Shown here one piece after another: positions 46,690-57,934 of a DNA stretch of 64,000 nt; position 1 is the first letter of the stretch; the number at the start of each line of letters is the position of its first letter. The notes beneath the pieces are model-generated. The model had not been told where the DNA came from, searched no databases, and was given only the letters and a program-made list of their open reading frames with translations. A program made the position numbers and the translations under genes. The stretch comes from Alloascoidea hylecoeti (taxonomy: Eukaryota): NCBI GenBank assembly GCA_001600815.1, contig BCKZ01000008.1, forward strand, positions 961,885 through 1,025,884, given 5' to 3'.

Positions 46690-47936
46690 CAGTCGGTCCT
46701 GAATTGGAGTTGCTAATTAAATATGCATACCAGTATAAGCTTTTTGGATCCAACTCCAAAAATGGAATCATAACCAGCTACAGAACACTCTAGAAGGCCT
46801 TAAGCAGTCATTAAATAGTGCCTAAGGTTTCGTAAATTCAAAATGGAAATTTATATATAAACTAAGTGTTTAGTGTTAGCGCCCTTAATCCCATTAACGG
46901 CTTTTATAATTGATATCCTGGGATCGCAATACTTTGAAAGTGGTTCAAAAGATAAATTTGCCTTTATTCCTACGCCGCGTAGACTTCATAATTGTAACCT
47001 TGTGATAAAATTTCTTGAGAAAACAGGTGCAGTGAAAAAAGTGGCCACTCCAATGCCTCTATCTCCTTCTCACAAAACCCATTCTTCGCTAACACGGATA
47101 GCTGTGTTATCTTGCTTGAATATGAGGCCCTTAAGGGTTTCATAAAAGGCCTCGTCCAGAAGGTTTATGTAGGAATTCAAACGTGCGGTAGATCCTTTAT
47201 TTCTGCTGGTATTAGGAATCACTACCACCCTAAACAGTGAAACACCGCTTCCGTTCCAAATTTCAATACCTCACGTCTTACTGATCCAGACTTCCTTTTA
47301 TTGTAAGTATTTCGAAGTTAAGCTCAAATGCCTGTCGTAACTTTCGTTGCCAGTATGCTTTTTCCAGAATGTGAAACGTCTGATCATTCACCACTAGATA
47401 CAAAAACACCCCAAATTCTCTGAGGCCACTCCAATATCATTCTATTTCGTTGGTTTACCTCATGCATATAATACCATTCATATGCCAAAATTATTCAATA
47501 TTCATGTTTTTACAGAAGGGTTATTGGGTGGTCTTTGATATCTTAAAATTGAAATTTGAAGTAAACTCCTCAATCGTATTCAAAGGGGAAGCCTTTAAAA
47601 TCTTCAAAATTTGATCTACTTCCATTTCAATAGTTACATGGGCTCTCTAGTTCGAGAAGGTGTTACACAAAAAGTGTTGTTGGTATATTTCTTTACAGCT
47701 CACAGTTGAAGGGTTAATATTTAAGCATCTATATTTCAGCAATTGAGAAGCCATATTTTCTCAGAATACACATTTTAATCCACTTAATTTGTTGCAATCT
47801 CTTTTCAGAATTGCAATTACATGAAATATCGCTTAGCGGAATTCTGGAAGTCATTTCATGTATTATCGTGATTTATATTTGGAAAGAAGGTTTTTTCTGG
47901 AGTGATATCTTAGCAACTTTAATTCAAGACCAGCTG
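46690..47936 (-). mobile_element. Decayed Tc1/mariner DNA transposon with both TIRs (~1.25 kb)
   Basis: 26-bp TIRs CAGTCGGTCCTGAATTGGAGTTGCTA (46690-46715) and rc CAGCTGGTCTTGAATTAAAGTTGCTA (47911-47936), 21/26 identical. TA at the right flank, CA at the left. Relic DDE motifs YINLL..LIFKQDNTAI, IEALEWP and KAV.GIKGANTKH*. Confidence 0.85.
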
Positions 47937-48697
47937 TAATTTTACACCGAATGTTATAGATCAATAATAGTATAAAAAGGAATTTAAAACCGTTTTAGCT
48001 TGAGAGAAGGGTAAAAGAACTTGAAGTAAAAGTGATTTATCATCCAACAAAAAGACAATCCGTCTTTAATATAGGAATCAATTTGACAAGTTAAAACGAA
48101 GTCTAAATATTAACTAATTCTTAATTCTTAACAACAAGTGATTATGTATTTATCGACACCCCTTTAAGAATTAACCACAAGATATACAGTACATACAGAA
48201 ATATATAATTTTAAGATATAGAATCGATTAATTGGAGTTACACTGTATATTAATATGATTTATAACTTACACTAATCCATATATGGGGCCGGGTTCTAAA
48301 AATTCCCAACAGAACAATGAGGGAACAAATGTAGTTTCATTCTTGATCCCAGAGAATACATTAATTGCAAATAGGTTGATTAAATATAAGATTTAAGCTC
48401 ATGTATCGCAAACCAATAGTAATAATACAATAGCGCGTCATACTTCCCAACAAATACCATGATCAGTCCCTTTGGTTCTACGATTAATATTGGTACATAT
48501 ATAAAATATGTCTTATTATTAATTGGATTAGTGATTGATTATTTCTGACTCAACAAAAGAGCTCGGATATATGAAAAGACAATCAATATTGATGATGCTC
48601 ATTTCCCATTTATTTATTTGAGTATAGCGAGTACTAAGTTTTGTAAAGAGTAGTAACAATATGCTTCGATTTATATTAACTTATTGAGTTAATGATG

Positions 48698-49247
48698 CTA
48701 TAAGAACTTTTTCGCTAGTGCTTTAACTCTCAAGTCAAAAACGTCGCTGGTAATTTGATCATTGACTGAATAAAATGGAGATAACAATGTCTTGACATAT
48801 AAATCATTAACCTCCACAAAAAATTGTCTTATTGGTTCCTCAGACTTTGCCTCGTGCAAAAGTAGGAATTTTATATCTAAAGTAAATAGTTATTAGTAAT
48901 GTGTTGGATAATTTTAATCACAATATTAATATTAATGGAGTTACGTACTTCCAGGTGTAACATATGCTGATATCAAGAATCCGTAGAAATTATCCACAAC
49001 TTTTAAATACATGGCATTTGTTGTCCATTGAACATCTTCAACAATATCAAGGGCTGAATGGAGAATAAAAGGGTTTAATTCTCTCATCTCAGTTGTGAAC
49101 TTGTAAAGTTAGTGAGATTTACTATTGAACCTAGAAATAACGATCACATACTTTTGATTTCCCATCGCCTCCCTGTCGAAATGTTCCAAATTCCGACTCA
49201 TATATAATATTATCTTTCGTTCCCATTATAACAAAATAGAAAGACAT
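48698..49247 (-). CDS. TRS20: TRAPP subunit Trs20 / sedlin; 3 exons (49247-49152, 49099-48949, 48876-48698), 141 aa; missed by ORF track
   Basis: MSFYFVIMGTKDNIIYESEFG...ELNPFILHSALDIVEDVQW...MYLKVVDNF...AYVTPGNIKFLLLH...LYVKTLLSPFY...FDLRVKALAKKFL. Canonical GTATGT/GTACGT donors with CTAAC/CTAAT branch points. Confidence 0.95.
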
Positions 49248-49648
49248 CTTTGATGTTGGATTTATAATCTGTGCAACAATAATGGGGTTATTGAAACTCT
49301 GTTGAGTCTTCTTCGACGATTCACGTGACTCGGAAAATAAGAAGTGTGTAAGACATAAATATTATGGCTATAATTTCAAAGTATTTATATAATATCAATT
49401 ATCTGATTTTGGAAAGCTCTTTTTGTTTATTTGCAATTAATTGAGGTAAGTTCTGATAATAAGATAACTTTTGCTTGATTATTTTCACTTTTTATATCCA
49501 CTGACCTGTTTTCCATGACCAGCTTATAATTAGCTAATAGGCTTATTATTTTATAACATCTAAGGGATTGTTTTATACTCACCCTTTGATGTCCCCTGAA
49601 ACCTGGAAATAGTGGTAGCCTATTATATATTATAAACTCAAGACAAAA

Positions 49649-51604
49649 ATGACCATTTGCCTCTCTTCAAGTAGCTCAACTCATAATTTGTTAACTTGTC
49701 CTCCAGAGATACTGCTTCTTATCTTACAATATTGTTCATACGCAGATTTTGTTAACTACGTTTCGACATGCCGCAAGTTCTATTACTTCTATAAAGACAT
49801 TTCAAATGATAATTTACTACGAGATATTCTAAAAACAATGAATCCTCTAATATCAAATAAAATTCCACACTCATACCCTATGAGGTCCAAAAAGAAAGTT
49901 AATTTAGAATCACATACAACTTCATGGAGATTAGCCGGAGAACGATATTTTAAGTTTGCAAAATGTATCGAAAAACCATTAATCACTAAAAAATTACAGA
50001 ATTTAAAAGATATCAGACAAAGTCCATTCACGATACACTTTGATGAAGTACCAAAAGAAAAGCCCAATTTAATATTTGCTGAGAGCGATTGGTGTTGCAT
50101 TGAGACATCATCATTAAATTCATCTGAATCAGTGAAAATCACAACTGCCTATTTAGATAATCTCGAAGCTCCTTATGTTATGATATATGACTTTAATAAA
50201 CCAAATCCAACAAATGATATTAATAGATTAAATTCTATGGATAAACCAATAGATAGAACTATACCTCCGATACATAAAAGTCAATATCTTAAACTTACAA
50301 ATACTTCAATTCCCGATCCCCAAATAGAAACCATTCATAATAATTCAAATCTTGTATCTCATGTTGTTCCCTATCGTTCAACAGAATTGAATGCTTTATA
50401 TTGGGCTAATGGGAAATTTTCCGTTAACGCTGAATCTATAACTGATTATGAAAATTGTATTTATGATGGAATATTTTATACTACTAAAATGGCTGTTAAT
50501 TTTCATTCCAATACAATCTGTATAGCATGTATGGCGACGGATGTCAAGACGCCCAAAAATTCAAAAGTACATATCGATGGTGAAGGTTCAGATGAAGATT
50601 CAACTAATGCAATTCATGCTACTCTTTTTGATGCATCAACAACAACAACTGCTCCTACGATTAGTCGTCAAAATGATAATTTAAGATGGATAAGTTTAAT
50701 AAGGAATGATGAAATTAATTATATTGAAGATAAATGGAATACTTGTGCTAATAAAGATTATGTGTTTATAATTGGTGTTCATTCAGAAATGATTGTATTA
50801 TTACGAGAAAATGGAAAATTACTTGGATCAGCAAGTTTATTACCAGATGTTAGAGATTTATTATGGGAAAGTAAAGTTTTGGCAACTTCTCAATGGTTAT
50901 TCTCTTTGAATAGAACATTATTAATTTCAACTCCAATTTATCAAGTATTAGCACATTTAAATGTTGAATCTTATATACAAGTTAGTACACATGTTGAACT
51001 AATAAATAAAGAACCATATATTAATTTTCAAAAAATTAATAAAAATTATTGGAAAACATTACGTTGGCCAAAACCTTATGTTGATTGGCATATTCAAAGA
51101 CTCTTAAATTATTTCCTTGGTGATAAAAATGTTGGAAATACAATTAGAACTTTAACTTATGTTCAACCAAAATTATTTATATCTGAAAATGAAAGATTTT
51201 TATTTATTAAACCAAGTTATCGTCGAGATTTCTTATATATTATTGATACTTATTGTGACTCAAATTGGAGGTTTTATTATTTGGTTATACCCAAGTCTGA
51301 TTACGATTCAGTTGAATCTTCTTCCAAACGAGTTATTACGAAAGCTTTCACTTGGTTACTAGAACAAATGTTTCAAACTAAAGGTTTTAGTTTTGTTATA
51401 GATGAAAATTTACATCTTTATGTTTGGAAACATTCATTGGTAGGCCCACCACCTGAAGGCACAACTCAGCAATTGTTACAACTAGATATTTATATACATT
51501 TGTTCTTTGTTACTCTCAGCGTTTTAGTATGGGTTTGGGTTATGTATTGGTTATTCAGATTACAGATTAACAGTATGTTTAAATCTGAAGCCTCTCATAA
51601 CTAA
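49649..51604 (+). CDS. F-box protein with C-terminal transmembrane segment
   Basis: N-terminal LLTCPPEILLLILQYC...DFVNYVSTCRKFY (F-box). Hydrophobic IYIHLFFVTLSVLVWVWVMYWLF near the C-terminus. Confidence 0.75.
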   Translation: MTICLSSSSSTHNLLTCPPEILLLILQYCSYADFVNYVSTCRKFYYFYKDISNDNLLRDILKTMNPLISNKIPHSYPMRSKKKVNLESHTTSWRLAGERYFKFAKCIEKPLITKKLQNLKDIRQSPFTIHFDEVPKEKPNLIFAESDWCCIETSSLNSSESVKITTAYLDNLEAPYVMIYDFNKPNPTNDINRLNSMDKPIDRTIPPIHKSQYLKLTNTSIPDPQIETIHNNSNLVSHVVPYRSTELNALYWANGKFSVNAESITDYENCIYDGIFYTTKMAVNFHSNTICIACMATDVKTPKNSKVHIDGEGSDEDSTNAIHATLFDASTTTTAPTISRQNDNLRWISLIRNDEINYIEDKWNTCANKDYVFIIGVHSEMIVLLRENGKLLGSASLLPDVRDLLWESKVLATSQWLFSLNRTLLISTPIYQVLAHLNVESYIQVSTHVELINKEPYINFQKINKNYWKTLRWPKPYVDWHIQRLLNYFLGDKNVGNTIRTLTYVQPKLFISENERFLFIKPSYRRDFLYIIDTYCDSNWRFYYLVIPKSDYDSVESSSKRVITKAFTWLLEQMFQTKGFSFVIDENLHLYVWKHSLVGPPPEGTTQQLLQLDIYIHLFFVTLSVLVWVWVMYWLFRLQINSMFKSEASHN

Positions 51605-53068
51605 TTATGAATTTATGATATCAATTACTTTACTCGCGAAAATTTGGATTTTTTTATATGCATAAGAGCTAGCTAAATATTAAATAATAGAGTAACACCT
51701 TTCCCCCATTGGAAGCGAATCTCTGGCTTGGGAAATTTGCTTATGGGGGTTTACCTATAAAGTTTATAATGTATTTGCTCAACTGCTCTTAGTAAAATTA
51801 GTATTGATATTCTATTCGGTATGGATTTGTATTTATTTAATTTATATTTGATGGTAATAGCTGAACCAGATTTGTTTGCTACTTTCCATAAAGACTTCAC
51901 AATAAACAACACTTTCCATTGTGGAAAAGATTTAGTAAGCCAGATGATGACCTCTTTTTAAATATTAATATCCTTAGTTTTAACTAAAGCTTTCTTATTT
52001 CATTCTGTTAATATCACCAATGTTCAGGAGAGAGAAGAAAAGTATGTTAATTTCAGGTTAAATAAAGTTACTGATTGTTTATAATTACTACTGTGTTGCT
52101 AATCAATATACTGGTTTTAAAATGGTTAACATCTTATAATTATTTATTAAGTATGGTAACAAGAAGTCTCTCTACTGGATGATGATATTATTTATTTTGG
52201 AGAGTAAGTTTGATTAATAATGATATAAGTGACAGGAAAAAGGATAATCAAATCTTCATTAAGATCTAGATGAGAAATCGCCATACTAAAAACGTGTCTA
52301 CTGATAGTATGTTACATCTAATCGCATATCTCCGATAATATTATAAACTAACTTACATAATTATAGCATTATATGGTATACCGGTAATATAGATTTGAGA
52401 AGAAAAAAGTGGACATTTGAAGAATTACTATCAATATAAGTTTATATAGGTAATTTATATAGGGGAAAGCTAAATTATAACACCAGTTTAATTTAATTTA
52501 ACATTTAGCAATAATAATAATAAAAAGGTAAAAGAAATAATTATAAAATGCAATTGAAAATACCAAAAAAAAAAAAAAAGACTATATAAGAAGAAAATAA
52601 ATAATTAATAATAGAAATAAATATAGAAAATATAAATATAACAAAAAATATTAATTGATATGAGATAGTTATTTATACATAACAATTGAAAATTCTCAAA
52701 TTTATATATAAATTTAAAAAGATAATAATTAATTTAGATAATATAAAATAGTAAGAAAATGCTTGTTTGAAAATCTGTTAAACGTTATCATAATTCAGAT
52801 CATAAGATTTCACAAATCAATAAAATGATGTTCGTTGTTGTTGTTGTTGTTGTTGTTGTTAATGTTAAATGTTAGATGTTGGTTGAGCTTATAATATTGA
52901 TGAAATCTCCCGTGAGCATATACTACCATGTGCAATTTGCCAATTAGCAAATTTAAATAACGAAGAAAAAATAATAATAAAGCAACTAAAAACATAATTA
53001 TTTGGTGAGAGTTAAATCAAATTGTGATTATTATCTAATATTATAACTAAATCCCCCTTTCCTCCACT

Positions 53069-53069
<1 letters not shown>

Positions 53070-53123
<54 letters not shown>
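53070..53123 (+). repeat. A54 homopolymer
   Basis: Uninterrupted run of 54 A about 85 bp beyond the STS1 stop codon. Confidence 0.9.
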
Positions 53124-53124
<1 letters not shown>

Positions 53125-53207
53125 CAGATACTTCTAATGAAGGAGTGATTGAAATATCAGATTGTTATAGCTTATTGTGTTATGTTGATACCCATTTGTT
53201 ATTAACA

Positions 53208-54182
53208 TTAATAATTGTAACCATTAATAAAAGAACTTGAAGCAGTAGAATGACCTAAAGGACTATTCTCTTGACTAAAATTAACATTAACCAATTCTTT
53301 AATTTTTGAAGGAGTACCAAGATCATGAAAATATTTATTATTTTCAACATTATTATTAACATTAAATTGAGATTCTAATTTAATCAATTGTAAAACATTT
53401 TCAAATTTATTACCACTTAATTCATCGTGACGTTGTAATTTATTTTCCCAATCACCAGTTATTAAAATCATTGGACCTGATTTTATAACAAGATCAGGAA
53501 TTATTAAACACATTGTATTTGATAATTCTTCATATGCTAATGATTTATGACAATTTAAGGCAGGTTCATCCCAGTTTGGTAATTTGTGTAAAGCATCAAC
53601 AGCGCCATCCAAAAATGCCAAGGTTATATTTGGATTTGATTCATTTGGGGGTAAAAAGTTTAAAGTGAAATCCGAAAGGGCTTGATAAAAATCATCCAGA
53701 TATGGTTTTACCTTAATATAAGCATAATCGGAATGTTGATCAACCTTGAAAGGAAAATTGGCATAAATTGTTTCAACGTATTGCTTTAATATAAATAAAC
53801 TGGAAGAAACAGATGGAGTTGGAACCAGGGCAGAAATTTGTTTTGAAATATCAGGATGAGTAGAGCAAATATTTTCTAATAAAGAAGCCAAAGTTTGTTT
53901 ATCCAAAGAATTTAATAATCTTGACATTGGAAGAGGCCTTCCTTGAATTGTATTTGAAGTTCTTTGTTTTTTATTATTGGTGGGAGATTTTTTAATGACT
54001 CTCGGTTGTCGCACATGTTGCTTAGAGACGCTGTAACTATGGAGAGGTTTGCTGTTGGCTCTATGTTCTGAATCATCCGCTTTCCGTTTCAAGGAGGACT
54101 TTTTGGAAGGAGAGCGAGGCATATTATTGTTGTTTATTGGTTGTTTTCGGCCAGCACCCCAAGAAAAACCAGAAGTGAGCAT
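53208..54182 (-). CDS. STS1: Nuclear proteasome tether Sts1/Cut8
   Basis: KRKADD NLS, IQGRPLPMSRLLNSLD...L..LL, SDYAYIKVKP.L, LPPNE and FLDGA...LH.LPNW. Confidence 0.92.
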   Translation of the reverse strand: MLTSGFSWGAGRKQPINNNNMPRSPSKKSSLKRKADDSEHRANSKPLHSYSVSKQHVRQPRVIKKSPTNNKKQRTSNTIQGRPLPMSRLLNSLDKQTLASLLENICSTHPDISKQISALVPTPSVSSSLFILKQYVETIYANFPFKVDQHSDYAYIKVKPYLDDFYQALSDFTLNFLPPNESNPNITLAFLDGAVDALHKLPNWDEPALNCHKSLAYEELSNTMCLIIPDLVIKSGPMILITGDWENKLQRHDELSGNKFENVLQLIKLESQFNVNNNVENNKYFHDLGTPSKIKELVNVNFSQENSPLGHSTASSSFINGYNY

Positions 54183-54634
54183 GATGAGGAAGAGAGGATG
54201 ATTGTGCGAGGAAGAAAAAAGAAATATTTAATGGCAGAAATAACAGAGAATCCGGCACATCTGCGGGGTGTGCGGTGCGCTTATGCCATTGTTTACATGT
54301 CACTTAATTTGGGCCAAACTGGCTTATGAATTGGCAGAAATATATCGATCCTTGATTTCGTTATAATTATGATCTTTGGTTTGCATTCGTTTAGAATGGG
54401 CTTCAATGAATTGTATCTAGTGTCACTGTATTTACAGTATTATCTACTTGGATATCCCTTCAACTATCTCTTTGGTTATAAGTGTAGCACAGAAGCAATC
54501 GAAACCTTATATGGATCCGGATCCTTATAATTTACAAATTGGATATTAACATAATAATAAAAATGTATCTTTTTTTATATACTATTATATATACACAGAC
54601 ACTTAAAAATTGGTAGCCACTATCGCTTTTAATT

Positions 54635-55207
54635 ATGGGCAATGGATATCAGAAACCCCCCAATCCCAAGTTCAATCGCTTTTTCCCTCCTGACTATAAA
54701 CCCATCAAACCAGTTCAGCAGCTGAGTCTATACGAAATCAATCAGGCGAAAATAGCAACGAGCCTTGGACCCTTCAAAGTAGACGAGCTTGAGTTCCGCG
54801 CAGAAGACATAATACCAATTACCGCTGAGGAGTTAAGACAGAGGAAAACGCTCCAATCCAATATTACTAGCTATGGACAACGGAAAGGCAGTGTATGTGT
54901 TGGAGAAGGAACTGCAAATCATAACTCATTGCCAGTAGTTAAGCCTCGAGAACTGAAGCTTTTCTCACGATCATCTAGGGGTTCTAGAGAAGCACTTGAG
55001 GTTGACAGTAATAAACCTTGCGACGACACTAAAAAGAAGGCCAATTACAACTCAGAGTTAAAACGTAAAATGTCTGATTGCACTGCCCACAACTCCAACC
55101 TCAAGAGGCTCAAGACAAACAAATTCAAGATCAGCAAACACGATCGATCCAAACAGACCCACACAGCCAGACCTCATTCTTGCTCAGGAAAACATCCTCC
55201 CCGTTAA
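54635..55207 (+). CDS. Basic orphan ORF, 190 aa
   Basis: ATG-initiated 190-codon ORF with higher GC than the flanks. No family recognised. Confidence 0.45.
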   Translation: MGNGYQKPPNPKFNRFFPPDYKPIKPVQQLSLYEINQAKIATSLGPFKVDELEFRAEDIIPITAEELRQRKTLQSNITSYGQRKGSVCVGEGTANHNSLPVVKPRELKLFSRSSRGSREALEVDSNKPCDDTKKKANYNSELKRKMSDCTAHNSNLKRLKTNKFKISKHDRSKQTHTARPHSCSGKHPPR

Positions 55208-55458
55208 AACTCCACCAGTCAAAAGGGATCACGTGGTGCTATATCTTATACTGAGGATCATCCTTTCTCCTTTTTTCTCCTTTTCCTTTATTTCCATCAA
55301 TAATATTTGTTAGCATTCTTTTTTTCGCTCGTTCACTTTGGTTTTTTATTTGCTTATTAAAAACAACCCATTCTTTTTTGCAGTCTCTTTCCGAATATTT
55401 CAAAAACGTCAAGTCTAAAAGTTCACAAATTTAAGAGAAAAAGAAATAATAATAAATA

Positions 55459-56412
55459 ATGCAGCTATCTCTATTCTTAAAAATAACGATATTTGCCTTA
55501 CCAATATCTATCAAAGCATCGACTGTCTATACCGAGTACGGATGTTACTCTTCCATTCCTTCATCTTTTAAACTAAATAACGTCTATACCTATGAATCTG
55601 TCTCTTATTGTTATGAAAAATGCTCGGATGATGATTACTCAGTAATGGCCTTAACTAAAGGCAATACCTGTTATTGTGGTAATTCTTTACCTGACAGTGG
55701 TGATGAAGCTGATGACAGTGAGTGCAGTATAGATTGTACGGGGTACCCTTCGGAAATTTGTGGTGGGTCTAGTGCTTACAGTGTTTGGAAGACAAATACG
55801 GGTACTATTTCAGATAACGATGATTCCTCAAGTTCTGGCTCTTCTGATACAAGTTCGACTGGTACTACTGCTAGTAAAACGACCAAAGCTTCTAGTTCAA
55901 GCTCATCCAAATCTGAAACTTCCGTATCTACAAATGACGATAATTCTGCAACAACAAGTGCTACTCTTGCTGCTGAAGTACAAACAACGAAATCAACAAA
56001 AACTGCTATTACTACAGATTCAGAAGGTAAGACACAAATAGTAACTCAAATAATAACAGCAACAGCTACAGCTACAGCTACATCATCGCCTTCTGGTGCT
56101 GCAACAACTCATAAATCTAGTCTTTCAACAGGTGCCATTGCTGGTATTGCTGTTGGATCAGTTGCAGGAGTTGGTGCCATTGTTGCATTTGGTCTACTTT
56201 ATTTGTTAAAAAAACGGGGCAATGATGATGGTGGAGATTATCCTTCACAATTTGAATCAAACCCATTACCTAATCCTTTCTCAACCCCTGATGCTAAAGA
56301 TGGTTATGGTTATCAAATGTTAGGTAATAGAAGACTAAGTGAAGGGACATTAGCTGATGAAGCTGACTATTCAAGAAAAGTATTACGTGTAGCAAATCCT
56401 GATGATTTGTAA
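55459..56412 (+). CDS. WSC-family cell-wall stress sensor (Slg1/Wsc1-like)
   Basis: Signal peptide, 8-Cys WSC domain (YGCYS...CYCGN...C.GYPSEICGG), S/T-rich stalk, TM GAIAGIAVG, and C-terminal DYSRKVLRVANPD. Confidence 0.92.
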   Translation: MQLSLFLKITIFALPISIKASTVYTEYGCYSSIPSSFKLNNVYTYESVSYCYEKCSDDDYSVMALTKGNTCYCGNSLPDSGDEADDSECSIDCTGYPSEICGGSSAYSVWKTNTGTISDNDDSSSSGSSDTSSTGTTASKTTKASSSSSSKSETSVSTNDDNSATTSATLAAEVQTTKSTKTAITTDSEGKTQIVTQIITATATATATSSPSGAATTHKSSLSTGAIAGIAVGSVAGVGAIVAFGLLYLLKKRGNDDGGDYPSQFESNPLPNPFSTPDAKDGYGYQMLGNRRLSEGTLADEADYSRKVLRVANPDDL

Positions 56413-57110
56413 AATTAATTAATAACATTATAGAAATGAATAAAAGAAGTTTTTATTTTTTGTTTTCTAAGTTGCAAAGGGGTAGAAAATCGTTATTATC
56501 GCATGATTTAAAGTTTATACAAATAAAGGTGAGGATTATGACAATCGATTATTGAAAAGTATTCATTATGATTAATGAGGATTCAAAAAAATAACGATAT
56601 TAATCTTATGATCAATTAAATTATAAAATTACTATATTATTATTATTATACAATTTATACTGCTATCATGTTTAAAATTATTTTAAAGAAAAAGGGAACT
56701 AAAATGTGTGAAATTTTAATAAAAACGCCTTAATTTAGTCTTTTTTAGTCTCTAATTGATTCTTTTTGTCTTTGTACATGTTTTATTTAGTTCATGATTA
56801 GTTTAAAAATTTACTTTATAATCTTTAAAAAGAGAATATATAATTAATAGTTTTTGTTTTTGAAGTAAATTTGGTTTTGTGTTCTTTAATTTTTTTCTCA
56901 TTTACCTATAATTTGTTACTCTTATCTTAATTAATACCTTGTTCTTATTTTTAATACCTTGTATCTTTTCATAATAAGATTCACTTGTCATATTTCTTCC
57001 ATATTTTGATTACGTTTTAATTTATAGTTACATTTGTACCTTCCTTTAATTTTATGATATTTACGATAAATAATCGAATCTAATAGGTAAAAAATCGAAT
57101 ATATATAAAA

Positions 57111-57497
57111 ATGGGGAATAAAACAAGTAAACAACATAATCCAAATTCAGCTACAACTACAACTAACGCTAATTATAATCATCCTTCACCCATTGCTACT
57201 GAACATAAGACCCGCTCAGTTCCTCATTCTCCAATACAACAACAAGGCAAAGGTAAAAGAAAAAGTTTAGCGGGTTTATTACGTTCAAATAAAAGTTCAG
57301 GTGATTTAGCTTTAAAAACCCCTGATAGAGAACATTTTAAACAGAATAAGAATTCAAATTCCTCTAATGGTAGAAATTTAAAGCCTACTGTTGAAAATTC
57401 CGTTTCAACTTATAATCATGAAAGTCCAACATTACAATCGGTACACAAAACAGACTCGAATACAAAAACAAAAACAAATTTAAGCCCTACAGTTACA

Positions 57498-57534
<37 letters not shown>

Positions 57535-57891
57535 TAAAACAAAAACCACCAAAAATTAATACTGATTTAAATATAAATTCAAATTTAAATACAAAAGATT
57601 TTGAAATTCCAAATGTTTCTTCTTTTGATTTGGCGGATGATGAAGAAAAAGAAGCCCCGGTTTTAATGGTTAAAAATCTAGACCTGAATGTGTCGGTCCC
57701 TTTAAATTTAGACCTTGGAATTGAGGATTTTGGAACAACTCTTAACTTTGATTTTGATTCTTTTGATAATTTAACTGATAATAATAATAAAAAAGAAGAT
57801 ATTCCATCTAAAAAGGATAAAAATAAAGAAATTATGACTAAATCAAAAGATGAAGAATCTAAACATTTAAATGATGAATTAAATGATGCTG

Positions 57892-57934
<43 letters not shown>

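Noticed and set aside
46690..47936. RIP-like mutation: all 5 TIR mismatches are transitions, and many relic stops derive from CAG/CGA/CAA
   Set aside because: Too few sites. Ordinary AT-biased mutation in an AT-rich genome explains it.
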